The notes: a model not told the origin generated them from the letters alone. A stretch of 64,000 nt of DNA from Haliotis cracherodii (GCF_022045235.1 NW_027266286.1:24676001-24740000); one strand, 5' to 3'; counted from the first letter of the stretch, positions 1 to 13,090 are shown. Program-made: numbers and translations.

Positions 1-239
1 ATCTAATGCATCTCCGTTATATTCTATAGGAATAGGCAAGGGGACTATACAAAGATATATAGACTCCCTGGAATAGGTGTTATAACTGTGTTGTGCGACT
101 TCCACTTGAAACTGAAACGGGTTATTGTTATATGTGCCTGGGATATGACTTTTAAAATAAAGTTTAACAATGAGGAAAGTCAAAGGAAGCTAAATGTACA
201 GGTGTGATCGTGTGAAGCACATTAAAGCATTCAAACGGG

Positions 240-915
240 TATACCTATACCTATATTGATCATCATTTTTGTTACTAATTCGTCAAATTTGGAAATCTCC
301 GCCACAGGTGTTCCATAAAACATTTTGGAAGTTTTACAAGGGCCTTGGATGTTACACGCAGGATCAAAAACGTTTTGAACAGGTGTCAAATGACGCTCTC
401 TGGAACTTTCGAAGAAAGAGCATGCTTTATTGTACCTAAACATATGAAGATGCCAAAGTTGTGGGTTGAGGTGAAAGGTATCACACAATTTGTCAGATAC
501 ATTAAAATCACAAATGCGGGTTCTCTCACTATCCAATGTTTGTTACTTAAGTGATAACACGAACTAGTCCAGATCATACCCATTTTGTCAGACACCTTAT
601 AATAAATAAATGAAAAGATTCTCAGTATGTTTTCAACCCCACTCTTATTCAGTTGACAGACTCCGTGCCGAACAATCACTTCTTAATCACCATAATCTCT
701 AAATGCTCTAACCACTTGGTCACGGTTGCGGTCCTTAGACACCAAAGGCACGAGCTGCTGGACCATTGCACGACACGAAGGGAACGTTTACGACTGGAAC
801 GTCCAATTCATCTCTTTTGTCTTACAGCCTTATGGATTTTTTTCACTCTGAATCTATTCATAAAGATCTACATATGAAACAGATATGGCGATTTCATTTG
901 TCTCTGCTGTGTTAA
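240..915 (-). mobile_element. Decayed Penelope-like (Naiad-type) RT C-terminal fragment, interrupted at about 480-775
   Basis: Minus-strand peptides ETNEIAISVSYVDL, L*DKRDELDVPVVNVPF and RYNKACSFFESSRERH...NIQGPCKTSKMFYG match the fragments at 25830 and 54860. Confidence 0.65.
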
Positions 916-1658
916 GCTAAGGTGCGTAAATCAGTGGAACTGAACTGACATGGTCGCCGGTAAAAAATGGAGTCTAGGTCACGGCTTCCCAAGCCTCAGA
1001 AGTGAATTATAAATTCAGACAGGTGCAACCGTGCCATCTTACATTCAGTACACCATTCTCCCGCGGATACCATGAAACACAAACCATACCATTGATGATA
1101 AATACCTCTAGCTGGATGGTTTGTCATGCGGAAATCAGTTATGATTTCTCAGTAAATGACACTGAGAGAAGGGATAGTGACACGGCATGTGAGACTAACC
1201 AATTATGAGCAATAATCTTCGTTGCAGTCTTGTGATCTTATCAAATCTGACTAGCCAGAAAATTAGCCATGTGATAAATTCCATCAATATCCAGCCACAG
1301 ATCACGAGTTCAGTCCAAGGTTGCAGCCAATCAGACATACGGTCATAGCGCTGATATCCCTTATGGCCCAGTGTTGTAGGAAGACTATACTCAAACTAGA
1401 GAGGGAAACGTGAGTCTGCTTTGTTATGCTCATATAATGTCTTGGTTAACTTTTCGTTTTTCTTTTTTAGACGTTTTCCAAATGTGACTTGCCAGTGACA
1501 CAAATTATGTCCGACGCAATTACCAATTTGAATTTGTACCATGTGTTCCCGTGTTTGGTCAAGTGAACACTTGACCAGCCTTTGCATGTGTTTTTCACGG
1601 TTGCCACATGTGGAACAGGAAACACTCACACCTGGTACCATCAACATTTAATATGGTT

Positions 1659-1904
1659 AGACCACTTATGGTCTAGTGGTAGAGCGTCCAACCGAAGAGC
1701 GGAAGGTCAGAGGTTCCATTCCCGGCCGCATCATACCAACGACGTTAAACGATGGTACTTGTTGTTACCATGACTTGAGCTCGGTAGTAAGGGACTAAAA
1801 CAAATACTGGTCGGTTCGGAGACAGTATACTGTGTTTGAGTGTGTATTCATGTTAATCTTCGGCACGGTATCTCAGTGGGCTAGCACTATAAATCGGCAT
1901 CAGT
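1659..1904 (+). mobile_element. SINE family V (tRNA head, V-SINE-like core), cut by the gap
   Basis: Aligns to the 2727-3086 copy; A-box TGGTCTAGTGG, B-box GGTTCCATTCC. Confidence 0.85.
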
Positions 1905-2041
1905 NNNNNNNNNNNNNNNNNNNNNNNNNNNNNNNNNNNNNNNNNNNNNNNNNNNNNNNNNNNNNNNNNNNNNNNNNNNNNNNNNNNNNNNNNNNNNNNN
2001 NNNNNNNNNNNNNNNNNNNNNNNNNNNNNNNNNNNNNNNNN
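1905..2041. other. Assembly gap
   Basis: Run of N. Confidence 1.
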
Positions 2042-2726
2042 CAAGTAATCCCCATTTCACCTCGCCGTATTAATGATTCATAAACCCATACTTATTGTAT
2101 AGTCTAAATCTACACTGGACTCTGCTTTTAGCTTTTCTAATTATGGAACTGTTTTTTTCGCTTTTCATTTCTGATTTTCACAGCATTGTACCATGAGCCT
2201 AGTTGTTGATTCAGTATTAGAACTATGTAAGTGTAAAGGTTTGCATATTAGTATATTCTGTACATTTAGCATATTTAAAGTCAAGTTAAGATTGTTCAAC
2301 TGTCCGCAAGACGATATATGTCGTGGATGTAGGGTGAGCAGCCAAGTTCGACTTCAGCTGAATACAAAGACCCTTCAATAAAAGCAGTCACACACTGAAG
2401 TAGCTTCATCAAATAAGCATACACCTTTTGTCAGAAAAAAAACAAAACACTTTTTTTACCACACGTTTCCTGACCATACATCATGCCAACGACCACTTCT
2501 ATTATCTATCACGTGAATATCCATTTCGTTTACAATACATTCTTCCTGTAATCATCTACTGCAACAAATCTAAAAGATGACATTTGACAAATTAACCATC
2601 CCACATATAACATCATATGAAAAATGTTAAAGAAGAAAATGTATGTTTTAAAACATGCAAAGGGTGTATTTGATTCAATTATTTCATGATAGGGTGTATA
2701 GGATATATAGGTGATATAGCATATAG

Positions 2727-3086
2727 GACCGCCTCCGTGGTCTAGTGGATGGAATGTCCGCCCGGAGAGCGGAGGGTCCGCGGTTCGATCCCCGGCCGCG
2801 TCATACCAAAAGACGTTAAAAGATGGTACTTGTTGTTACCCTGTCTGACGCTCGACATTCAGGGGCTAAAACAAGGACAGGTCGGCCCGGAGTCAGTGTA
2901 CTGTGTCTGAGTGGGGTATTCATGTTAAACTGCGGCATGGTATTTCACTGGGCTAGCACTATAAATCGGCATCAGTCCGGACTAGTCCAAGCAGCCACAC
3001 ACACACATACATACACGTGCATGCACCTCACTATATAAGTGCAATAATATTGCACGCGACGTTAAAACCCATTTCACCTCACCTCA
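2727..3086 (+). mobile_element. SINE family V, full length
   Basis: tRNA-like head with A box and B box (GGTTCGATCCC), conserved core ending GCTAGCACTATAAA, internal (CA)n, CACCT tail. Assignment to the V-SINE superfamily is from recalled similarity. Confidence 0.9.
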
Positions 3087-3319
3087 TCATATATATATTT
3101 TACAGTATACTGTTCTTTCCTGTCTTCATCCTCTGTTTTCATAGTTCCAATACTGAACCACAAACAGTGTACTGATATGATCAATAGTACCTTTTTGGAG
3201 TAACCATTTCTTTGGAGGCCCATTTCCAGAATGGAACAACCACACACAACACGAACACATAAACCCAGACGCAGCACCGGTTTATGGTTTATACTGAGTG
3301 GAGGACGTGCTAGCTATGA

Positions 3320-3666
3320 ACTGAAATGGGGTTTAACGTCGCGTCCAGGATTATTGCACTTATATAGCGACGTGCATGTACGTGTGCGTGTTTGTGTGGC
3401 TGCTTGTACTAGTCCGGACTGATGCCGATTTATAGTGCTAGCTCACTGAGATACCATGCCGCAGTTTAATATGAATACCCCACTCAGACACAGTATACTG
3501 ACTCCGAGCCGACCAGTCCTTGTTTTAGCCCCTTAATGCCGAGCGTCAGAGAGGGTAACAACAAGTACCATCTTTTAACGTCTTTTGGTATGACGCGGCT
3601 GGGATCAAACCCCGGACCTTCCGCTCTCCGGGCGGACGCTATACCACTAGACCACGGAGGCGGTCT
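3320..3666 (-). mobile_element. SINE family V, full length, with TSD
   Basis: Reverse complement of 2727-3086; TSD tgctagcta(t/c)ga at 3308-3319 and 3667-3678. Confidence 0.92.
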
Positions 3667-6600
3667 TGCTAGCTACGACAGACAGGAGATAGCATGCTAG
3701 ACAAAGTGTAACAGATAATAAAACTTATAAACATTGATATTTGTGCCATTAAGCATCATGAATATGTATAGCAGGACACGTTTACTTTGATGTTAGCCCC
3801 GGGCGATGTCTGTAGTGTTTGATATGTATCTCCCTATATCTAAGTGCTGGGCACACAAACACAAAAGCGTTCATTAACTAGACAGCTGCAGCTGTTTATT
3901 TCCCAAGTGGGCTTTTGGATTAATTCAAATCTTTGTTCCGCGTTATCACAAAACAGCTCTTATTAATCCCTCCATTTGTTGTGTGTTTGCACTTGGTCTC
4001 ACTGGAACATTTGTTTTTCATATTGGATGAGTTAAAATTGTTGTGTGTAACATTAGATTGATCATACTGGGTCTTGATAAATATATTGAACAAAAGGTCT
4101 TTGATTGATCGAGGATGAAACAATGTGTCAGAAAACAACTGGCTTAAACAGAGAAAAAGATAATCCACAAATGACAGAATTACAGAATTACACAATAGAC
4201 GCATCTTTCAATAGCACTATGGGCTTAGGATAAAGTATTACCGAATCGCTGAAACCACATATTATTGGGTCGGCAATGATTGTCGTTATTTTGGCCTTGT
4301 ACTGAAAATAAAGCTGAGGCGTTTGTACCAGTGAAATTTGATATATTAACAGGGCATTCTTATACACACTCTACTTTGGTGTAATATTGATAATAAAATA
4401 TATATGCGTGTCAATGCATGCATAGAAATGTGCCGCCTATATGAGGATGTATATCACAATATTCATGTGCCTGTAATGAGATAACATGGCGTTTTGATCA
4501 GACTTTTCATTGCTGACGTCATTATGTAATGACGTCATTGACTACTTATCATGATATTACAGAACATTCCATTAGGTCGTACTCAACTACAGTCTTTGAT
4601 CAACGTTCATGTGTCATTTACTGTCATTTACACGTATGTAAGGTTCCCGACTAAAGGAGTCCCAGGCGCCTTAGGGACCGACATATGATACTCTGAAAGG
4701 CCTGTGATTGGGTATCGAGACTAGATATTTGTTCAGCTACAGCTACAAAACCAGATATATATTTATTTTAAACTATGAGCCGGATTTTTTTAAAAAGAAA
4801 AGCACTACAACTATATCTTTTTTGTGTCAGGCAATTTCCTTATTAACAATCTGAAGCATATTTTTTTTTTCAAGAACTTTCGGGAACAATACATTTTTTT
4901 CGATAAAATTCCAAAGTTGCCTTCTTTGATTAACCTGGTGATGAATATGAATTCCCGATTCTTCCCAATTAAGACCCTTAGTTTTACAGCTGCACTGCCG
5001 TGTAAGCCGGTTATACCAAAGTGTGATCCGTCTACAAAGGTATCGCCCCAAGTGTTTCCATCCTTTTGTCTGTGCGCATGCAACATTACCTTCACAAAAG
5101 ATACGTGCTACCTCTGTATCTATTTCAGAAACAGGTGTAACCTATGTCTGAGTACCTATCTATGTGTATGATGGGGATGGTAAAAATAGCATCAATGTTA
5201 CACGTTAATGTCAGTATAAAGGTTTTCGTTATATGTAATGAGAGCGACGTGACGAAAATAGAGATATCTTTTTTCGGTCTGCCTGAGGCAAACTTTCTTG
5301 AAATAGTATGACCATTAAAGTTTTAGAAGGCTTTGTTCCACGGTCTTGTGTCCATTTAGACTAAATTTGGACATTGAAATTTGTGATTTATCTCGAAATG
5401 TGTTCATATGGTTATCAATGATGTTGCTCTGATTCTAACGTACACAACGTGGGTTTTAAATGCCGTGAATCAAACTTGGCATTTGGCCCATGCCTAGGCT
5501 CTCTTACATGTCATTGCGTTGGGCAAAGAATCAAAATGAGTGTAACACGAAACATCCGAATACTAAAAGTAAAGTAGCTAAAGACGAGTCAGGTCATACG
5601 TGCATGGTTAATAATTCAATTAATTGTATTGAGCGAGCCCGAAAAATAAATGTAAATAACGCAGGATACATATTTTCTGAAAAGGCATATATCACGAAAG
5701 AGAATCAGCGTATTTGCAGGCATGTGAGTGCGTACATCTGCTCTGACAATACCAGCCATGTCACAACAGGAGTGATCTGGACGCGAAGTATGGGATTAGG
5801 AAAAAACATTTCATAATCACATGGACTCTCTGCTCAATAATCTTTAATACGATTCCGACTATATCATGAGCAGGTGTTTATGAATCATTATCAAATAGTA
5901 ATGATACCAGGTGTTCTTGAAAAGGTGCCTACCGGTAGCACCCGTCACAAACACATGCAAAGGCAATTAACACATTTAACCGGTGTAGAAAGTCGATCCC
6001 GAGCTTTCGAAATAAAGAGCCAATGCTGTAACAACCAGGCTGACCCATTATTCGGAAGCACGGTTTTAACAATATCTACTTATTTTCCCATCTCCTTCCG
6101 CAACTTTTGAGCTTTCAATAGTTGATGAGTTTACCAGCTTTCATTGGACTATTTGAGCTGGTAACTCAATAGTCCTTAAGAATGACTCCTCCCTGTCATG
6201 TCTCAGAGACGCTGTAACTCGTACAGACTGTGTCTAGCGCAGTGTGGTGATAGAGGAACAGTCTTTAAGAGTTACCAATATAAGTGCCGAACCTTTCTGA
6301 ACTCAATGATATCAACTTAAACTGTTGGTGGTGATCTTAGCTCTACCAATCAGACTGGATCGAATGTAAATCGGATTATGAGAGGACTGATTCCAGTTAT
6401 ATCTGACCCCCAGTGGTTTATGATCACGCGTGGCATGGGATGCTTAAAGGAAAGCGATGACTCTGCTAATATTGGCTATAAGTGGCCAATCATGTCGGGT
6501 ATATCAGAACTGTGGCGTCAGATACAGACACATCCGATTATTGGTAAATGCTGTATATATTGACTTGTTATCCTGATGATCCACACAAATCGTACACAAA

Positions 6601-8214
6601 GGTGACATTATAGACTATCCTCAAGGCAGTGACATGTACGTCATGTGAGCGAGTGAGTTCTGTCAAATTCTGTCATATCAGGGCGTGGTAGTTTGGTGTG
6701 TCAGCAACGCCCTAAATGATACTGGTAGATGTTTACCACTTTGGTGAAACCCACAATCACAAGGACCGTGATCATGGCGTATCAGCGGATCCTGGTACGG
6801 TTAAAGGATACAACTCCTCACGGCAAAACGTGGCGCCTTAGAACCCATCTGAAGAAATATTTAGAAAACAAAAATATTTTCGAACCCTATTGTCTTCAAC
6901 GTGTTACAATTATTCCTGTGCCCCCATCTTTAACGTATAACCACCTGAATAACCTCTGTGTCATACACCAATCTCCTTGCGGCTCCGAATTACTGATGCC
7001 AGAATACTGTGACGATCCTTAATGTAGGCTCTAGCCTGCAATCAGTAAGTGACCACATTTGGTTTCCTTCCGTACAGCTGTTTCTTCTCAACGTCAATGT
7101 AACGAGGTAAACAAACTGAAACTGATACTGTAGTAATAAAAGAAAGCATTAAAAAGTGCCAAATGGCTATTCAAAACTGATTCCAGTGAGTGTGTGTTTT
7201 AGAAGCGACAGAAGTGGCTGCATTTCCCGACTCCCAGTCCTACAAGTCCTGTGAGCAGCCTAAACTGCCAGTGCTATTGCCAGTCACGTTCCTTGCTATA
7301 GCGAACATCCACCTGTGGGTGGCAATCAGACCTAGCATGGTTTCTGTATCAACAGCTCCGGTCATTCCTTAACTAAGCAGCCTTTATATAAACTGCACAG
7401 GCTCTGCAGGGCCTTTCTTTAGACAGATTAATCTTCGGCAGACGGATGACAGCGGTATTCAATATTACCGGCCAGAATTTTGACAATTCAATTATCGCTC
7501 GTTTGCATCCTCATACATGACTTGACTCGGTGACAGAAACGTCGTATTTGTTGACGAAGTCGCAGTAGAGACGACTGGTCATAATGCAGTTATCTGGAAA
7601 ATCTAGACGCTATCCTGACAACTGTGAGACAGCGTGATCAACAGGTCGCATCCTGACACGTACGATGCGCAGCGTAAATGGAATATACGAAATATATGGG
7701 TTTATGAGTGAAGTGTGGCAGAAATGTTCCCGCGTACTTTATTATCCTGACAGACAAAGATATTTACTTGTCATGTAATAAAGGGGAATAATTCATATGC
7801 GGATGATTTGATTATCCCCACAATCGTGTGGAGATGTATAGAAGGTAACAGAGACAGAGTTTTAGGGAGGGGGAAAGAAGTGGGAGTGAGGAGGGTGGTG
7901 GGGAGAGTGGTGTAGACGGGGAGTGATGTGGATGGAGACAGGGGGAGAGGCGAGATGGAGTGTTGGACCTAGAAGATGGCGGAGGAGTGGAGGGATGAGA
8001 GAGATGAGATGGGGAGCATAGAAGGGGAGAGGGGAGTGAAACAGGCGAGACAGTTGGACATAGAAGGTGGGGGAGAGGTGAGGCGATGAGAGACGAGATG
8101 GGTAGCACAGAAGGGGGAGACATAGGGGCTAAAGAGGGGGGACAGTAGGGGAGGAGGAGACGACAGAAGCGAGCGGAGAGGAGAAATACAGGCGAGAGGT
8201 GGAGTGAGAGGAGA

Positions 8215-9478
8215 GAGGGGAATAGAGGTGAATGCTGGGAAGGGTTCAGGAGAAATAGAGGGTAAATAGAGGGTTGATAGAGGGGAAAGCTGGGCAGGGT
8301 GATGTTCAGGAGAAATAGAGGGGAAATAGAGGGGAAAGCTGGGCAGAGTGATGTAGCGGGGGAAATAGAGGGTTAATAGAGGGGAAAGCTGGGCAGGGTG
8401 ATGTTCAGGAGAAATAGAGGGGAAATAGAGGGTTGATAGAGGGGAAAGCTGGGCAGAGTGATGTAGCGGGGGAAATAGAGGGTTAATAGAGGGGAAAGCT
8501 GGGCAGGGTGATGTTCAGGAGAAATAGAGGGGAAATAGAGGGTTAATAGAGGGGAAAGCTGGGCAGAGTGATGTAGCGGGGGAAATAGAGGGTTAATAGA
8601 GGGGAAAGCTGGGCAGGATGATGTAGCGGGGGAAATAGAGGGTTAATAGAGGGGAAAGCTGGGCAGGGTGATGTAGCTAGGGAAATAGAGGGTTAATAGA
8701 GGGGAAAGCTGGGCAGGATGATATAGCGGGGGAAATAGAGGGTTAATAGAGGGGAAAGCTGGGCAGGGTGATGTAGCGGGTGAAATAGAGGGTTAATAGA
8801 GGGGAAAGCTGGGCAGGGTGATGTAGCGGGGGAAATAGAGGGTTAATAGAGGGGAAAGCTGGGTAGGGTGATGTAGCGGGAAAAATAGAGGGTTGATAGA
8901 GGGGAAAGCTGGGCAGGGTGATGTAGCGGGGGGAATAGAGGGTTAATAGAGGGGAAAGCTGGGCATGGTGATGTAGCGGGGGAAATAGAGGGTTAATAGA
9001 GGGGAAATCTGGGCAGGGTGATGTAGCGGGGGAAATAGAGGGTTAATAGAGGGGAAAGCTAGGCAGGGTGATGTAGTGGGGGAAATAGAGGGTTGGTAGA
9101 GGGGAAAGCTGGGCAGGGTGATGTAGCGGGGGAAATAGAGGGTTGGTAGAGGGGAAAGCTGGGCAGGGTGATGTAGCGGGGGAAATAGAGGATTAATAGA
9201 GGGGAAAGCTAGGCAGGGTGATGTAGTGGGGGAAATAGAGGGTTGGTAGAGGGGAAAGCTGGGCAGGGTGATGTAGCGGGGGAAATAGAGGGTTGGTAGA
9301 GGGGAAAGCTGGGCAGGGTGATGTAGCGGGGGAAATAGAGGATTAATAGAGGGGACAGCTAGGCAGGGTGATGTAGTGGGGGAAATAGAGGATTAATAGA
9401 GGGGAAAGCTGGGCAGGGTGATGTAGCGGGGGAAATAGAGGGTTAATAGTGAGGAAAGCTGGGCAGGGTGATGCTACG
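8215..9478 (+). repeat. Purine-rich 50-bp minisatellite, about 24 units
   Basis: Unit ATGTAGCGGGGGAAATAGAGGGTTAATAGAGGGGAAAGCTGGGCAGGGTG; preceded by low-complexity GA-rich DNA from about 7860. Confidence 0.97.
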
Positions 9479-10100
9479 GTGGAACTAGAAGCCGAGAGAA
9501 GGTAGAGAGGGGTACACAGACAGTGAGAGAGCGTTAGCGATAACACTCGTACATGATATGAAAGCATGCTATTGAGTAGTGGTTGCGCTGAGAGCACAAT
9601 AATGATCATATGATACATTTTCAGTCACAACATGTTGTTTTAGTTATCTACACACTGATATTGGACATGCTCCACTATCCTAAAATACTTGTTTACAAAC
9701 TAAGACGCTTCAGAGTTCGTACACCTTGAAGAACATCACGGAAGCCTGCCAAAAACTAAGAAGATATCAATAAAAACACGGCAACGCATGAACAGTAAAC
9801 TTCCACCAAACACACTATTTGCAGGTTTAACCTTGGGAATAGTGTTTATTGTATACACAATTAAAGTGATATGATCAAACATGATCTGGCAGCAGCCCTA
9901 CATATCAATAGATGGCTGCTTTATATCCCAATAAAGAAGCAAACATAGTGCTGCCACTCTCTGTACGACCTCTTCATTATGTCCTCCCCAGATGATGCGT
10001 GTGAAGATGGTGTTACCGAGATCAATGGAGAGGGAAATTGGACCTGGTGATAGAATGAACGCTATGTCACACGCTACACTTGTCGGGAATTTTTGAATGG

Positions 10101-10263
10101 GAGTGAGTGAGTATGGTTTTACGCCGCTTTTAGCAATATTCCAGTAATATCACGGCGGGGGACAGAAGAAATGGGCTTCACACGTTGTACCCATGTCGGG
10201 AATCGAACCCGGGTGTTCGGCGTGACGAGTGAACGCTTTAACCTCTAGGCTACCCGACTGCCC
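10101..10263 (-). mobile_element. SINE family D (about 165 bp, tRNA-Asp-like head, (ACTC)n tail), with TSD
   Basis: TSD atttttgaatgg at 10089-10100 and 10264-10275; B-box GGTTCGATTCCC; CTCGTCAC anticodon-like loop. Confidence 0.9.
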
Positions 10264-10355
10264 ATTTTTGAATGGCTTTGGAAATGATAGCTGAAGGTAT
10301 TGTGAGAATTCATGTTTAGGCGAATCCGTTGTCTCGAACTCCTGGGGACAAGAGA

Positions 10356-10629
10356 AATTGTGTTTGTTTATTTGTTGTTTAACGCTGCACACGGCAATAT
10401 TCCAGCTATATGACGGCCGTCTGTTAATAATCGAGTCTGGACCAGACAATCCAGTGATTTACATCATGAGCATCGATCCATGCAATTGGGATACGATGAC
10501 ATGTATCAGCATAGTAAGTGAGCCTGACCACCTGATCCCGTTAGTCGCTTCCTACGACAAGGATAGTAGCTTTTTTAACGGCAAGCATGGGTTGCTGAAG
10601 ACCTAGCCTATCCCGGATCTTCACGGGTC
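10356..10629 (-). mobile_element. SINE family M (no tRNA head; Meta/MESC-like GCTTGTCGTAAGAGGCGACTAA motif), with TSD
   Basis: TSD gacaagaga at 10347-10355 and 10630-10638; aligns to 11651-11918. Confidence 0.9.
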
Positions 10630-10867
10630 GACAAGAGATATAGTTCAATTTATCCTGGGTTCGACACATCCGACTCTTATTAACGTCTGACCTTGTCAAT
10701 ATCACATCGGGCTTGTTATGTACGTTACACTTTATAAAATAAGAAATAAAAACAGGAGCATTCTACGTTAATGCATCTAAAATATTTTTTTTCGTATCAC
10801 CGGGTTATCAATTCTGTGTTCGGCTTTTCAAGGTATGTTTTAACTTATCTTAAACAAGCCAATTTTG

Positions 10868-11103
10868 TAGTGCTAGCATACTGAGATACCATGCCGCAGT
10901 TTAACATGAATATCCCACTCAGACACAGTAAACTGACACCGAGCCGACCAGTCCTTGTTCTACCCCCTTAACGTCGAGCGCCAGTCAGGGTAACAACAAG
11001 TACCATCGTTTAAAGTCTTTTGGTTTCACGCAGCTGGGGATTGAACTCACGACCATCCGTTCTCCGGGCCGATGCTCCATCCACTGGATCACGGAGGCGG
11101 TCC
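10868..11103 (-). mobile_element. SINE family V, 3'-truncated
   Basis: Aligns to 3430-3666. Confidence 0.85.
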
Positions 11104-11650
11104 TATATGCAACTGAAGATGTCTTTGGAAGATTTTGGCTCTTACGTATCACAAGCTAAATGAAGTTAAGTGGCGGTGGGATAGTACAGTGGTTAAAGTG
11201 TCAGTTCGTTTCGCCGATACCTCTGTTTGATTCCCAACGTGGGATGTTATGCATGTTCTTCCATAATTGGAATTCCGGGCTGGAATTGGTCGCAAGCAGC
11301 TAATGCTGGTGAGTTACTGGATTATTTGGTCAGTCTCGGTTGATCCCGGTCACCGTATCCCGATGGTGTGGTTCGTTGTTCACACAAATCTGTGATGATT
11401 TGGTTATTATCCTGTCCGTTGTCGGCAGGACTGATATTATTAATCATTATGTTTAACTTGCACTGGTCACGATATGGCTCTGATACTGGATTGTCTGATG
11501 CAGACTCGAATATTTATAGGCCGCCGTGACATAGATGGAATACCAACATTTTTGTTCATCCCTTCAAGTACTAATCATAGTCGGAAAGCATAATTTCATC
11601 TCAATCCCCATGTACACAATACTACTTCACGAGTTATTAACAGTTTTATA

Positions 11651-11918
11651 GACCCGTGAAGATCCGGGGTACTATTGGTCTTCCAACCAATGCTTGCCGT
11701 AAAAGGCGACTATGCTTGTCGTAAAAGGCGACTAAGGGGATCGGGTGGTCAGGCTCGCTGACTTGGTTGATACATGTCATCGATCCCAATTGCGTAGATC
11801 GATGCTCATGACATCAATCACTGGATTGTCCGGTCCAGACTCGATTATTTACAGACCGCCGTCATATAGCTGGAATATTGCTGAGTGCGGCGTTAAACAA
11901 CATTCCAACCAACCAACC
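11651..11918 (+). mobile_element. SINE family M, full length, with TSD
   Basis: TSD aacagttttata at 11639-11650 and 11919-11930; starts GACCCGTGAAG; (CAAC)n tail. Confidence 0.93.
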
Positions 11919-12000
11919 AACAGTTTTATAAGATTCCACACTAAAACAATATGTTATTGTACGTATACAACTGATATTTGTTTATATATGTGTATGGCTT

Positions 12001-12303
12001 ATCCCAGTAATGAGAGAGTAATCAGTAAACAGAAGCACGCCGAATTTCTCTTTAAAATGAAGGACGTGTTCTATTTTCTGGGATAAACAGATCGATAAAA
12101 ATAAATACATATCATATTGATGTTTAGCAATTCAACTCACGTTTACTTTCAGTATCCATGTAATGAGAAAGTAAACAGTAAAGAGGAGCACGACGAATAT
12201 CTCATAAATATATGAAGGACATGTTCTATTTTCTGGGGTAAACAGATCGATAGAAATAAATACATATCATATTGATGTTTAGCAAATCCACTCACGTGTA
12301 CTC
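12001..12303 (+). repeat. Diverged tandem duplication, about 153 bp x2
   Basis: 12001-12148 aligns to 12155-12303 (for example AATAAATACATATCATATTGATGTTTAGCAA in both). Confidence 0.9.
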
Positions 12304-12734
12304 TTAGCTCCTGTAAGCGCTAACCCATAGAAATATTGACATCTAACTACCATCCTTTGTCTAGTGGTATTCGACCCAGACGCAAAGCAATAACCCCTGC
12401 TTATCTCAGTTTTCAAACGGTGTTTCTCGCTGCAATATATCCTTACAATAAGGATGAACACAAGCGTTGTCTGAATAGAGGTCTTATGATGATTAGGATG
12501 TCTGGTCAGCCGTGAGCCTACTTGGAAAGGTATGTATCATGGAACTGTCCAATACGTTTCTTATTAAGGGTTTGTTTATCAGAACCAGTGTACCAATTGA
12601 TGTGTAAAATGTTTCGGAAGAACCTATTGCAATCTGCGTCGTCGGCAGTGTTACATGTATTTGTTCCTCTGATGTCAGACAAACCCGTGGTCAAAAGTGT
12701 AAGCAACTATATACATCATCAGTGTATTGTGAAT

Positions 12735-13025
12735 TGAGGTGAATAGGGTTTACCATCGCATTGAAGAATATTGCACGTATACAGTGACATGCGTGTGTGT
12801 GTGTCACCTTGTAGTCTGGGTTTATCTCGGTGGTTTAATGGTGCTAGCCTACTAAGATGGCATGCCGCAGTTTTAACATGGATTCTCAACTCAGACACAG
12901 TATACTCACTGTGAGCCGACCATTCAATGTGTTATCCCTTTAATGTCGAGCGTCAGGCAGGGTAACAACAAGTACCATTTTATAAGGTATTTTGGTATAA
13001 CGCGGCCAGGGATCGAATCAACGAC
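12735..13025 (-). mobile_element. SINE family V, degenerate
   Basis: Core CAGGGTAACAACAAGTACCATTTT and ACTCAGACACAGTATACT shared with the other copies. Confidence 0.8.
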
Positions 13026-13090
13026 ATTTCACTGTGTATGGGACAACAAGGAAAAGTTGGTTACCGTGTGTGATTTAGCTGATTATGAGT

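Noticed and set aside
7812-8123. Pro/Ser-rich ORF, and the 9343-9618 ORF
   Set aside because: Translations of GA-rich low-complexity and minisatellite DNA.
11651-11750. Canonical HDV-like ribozyme or group I intron core in SINE family M
   Set aside because: There is no room for P2/P3/L3 inside a P1 helix. GACTA/TGGTC resembles group I P7, but P8 and J8/7 are missing. Only a non-canonical fold is proposed.
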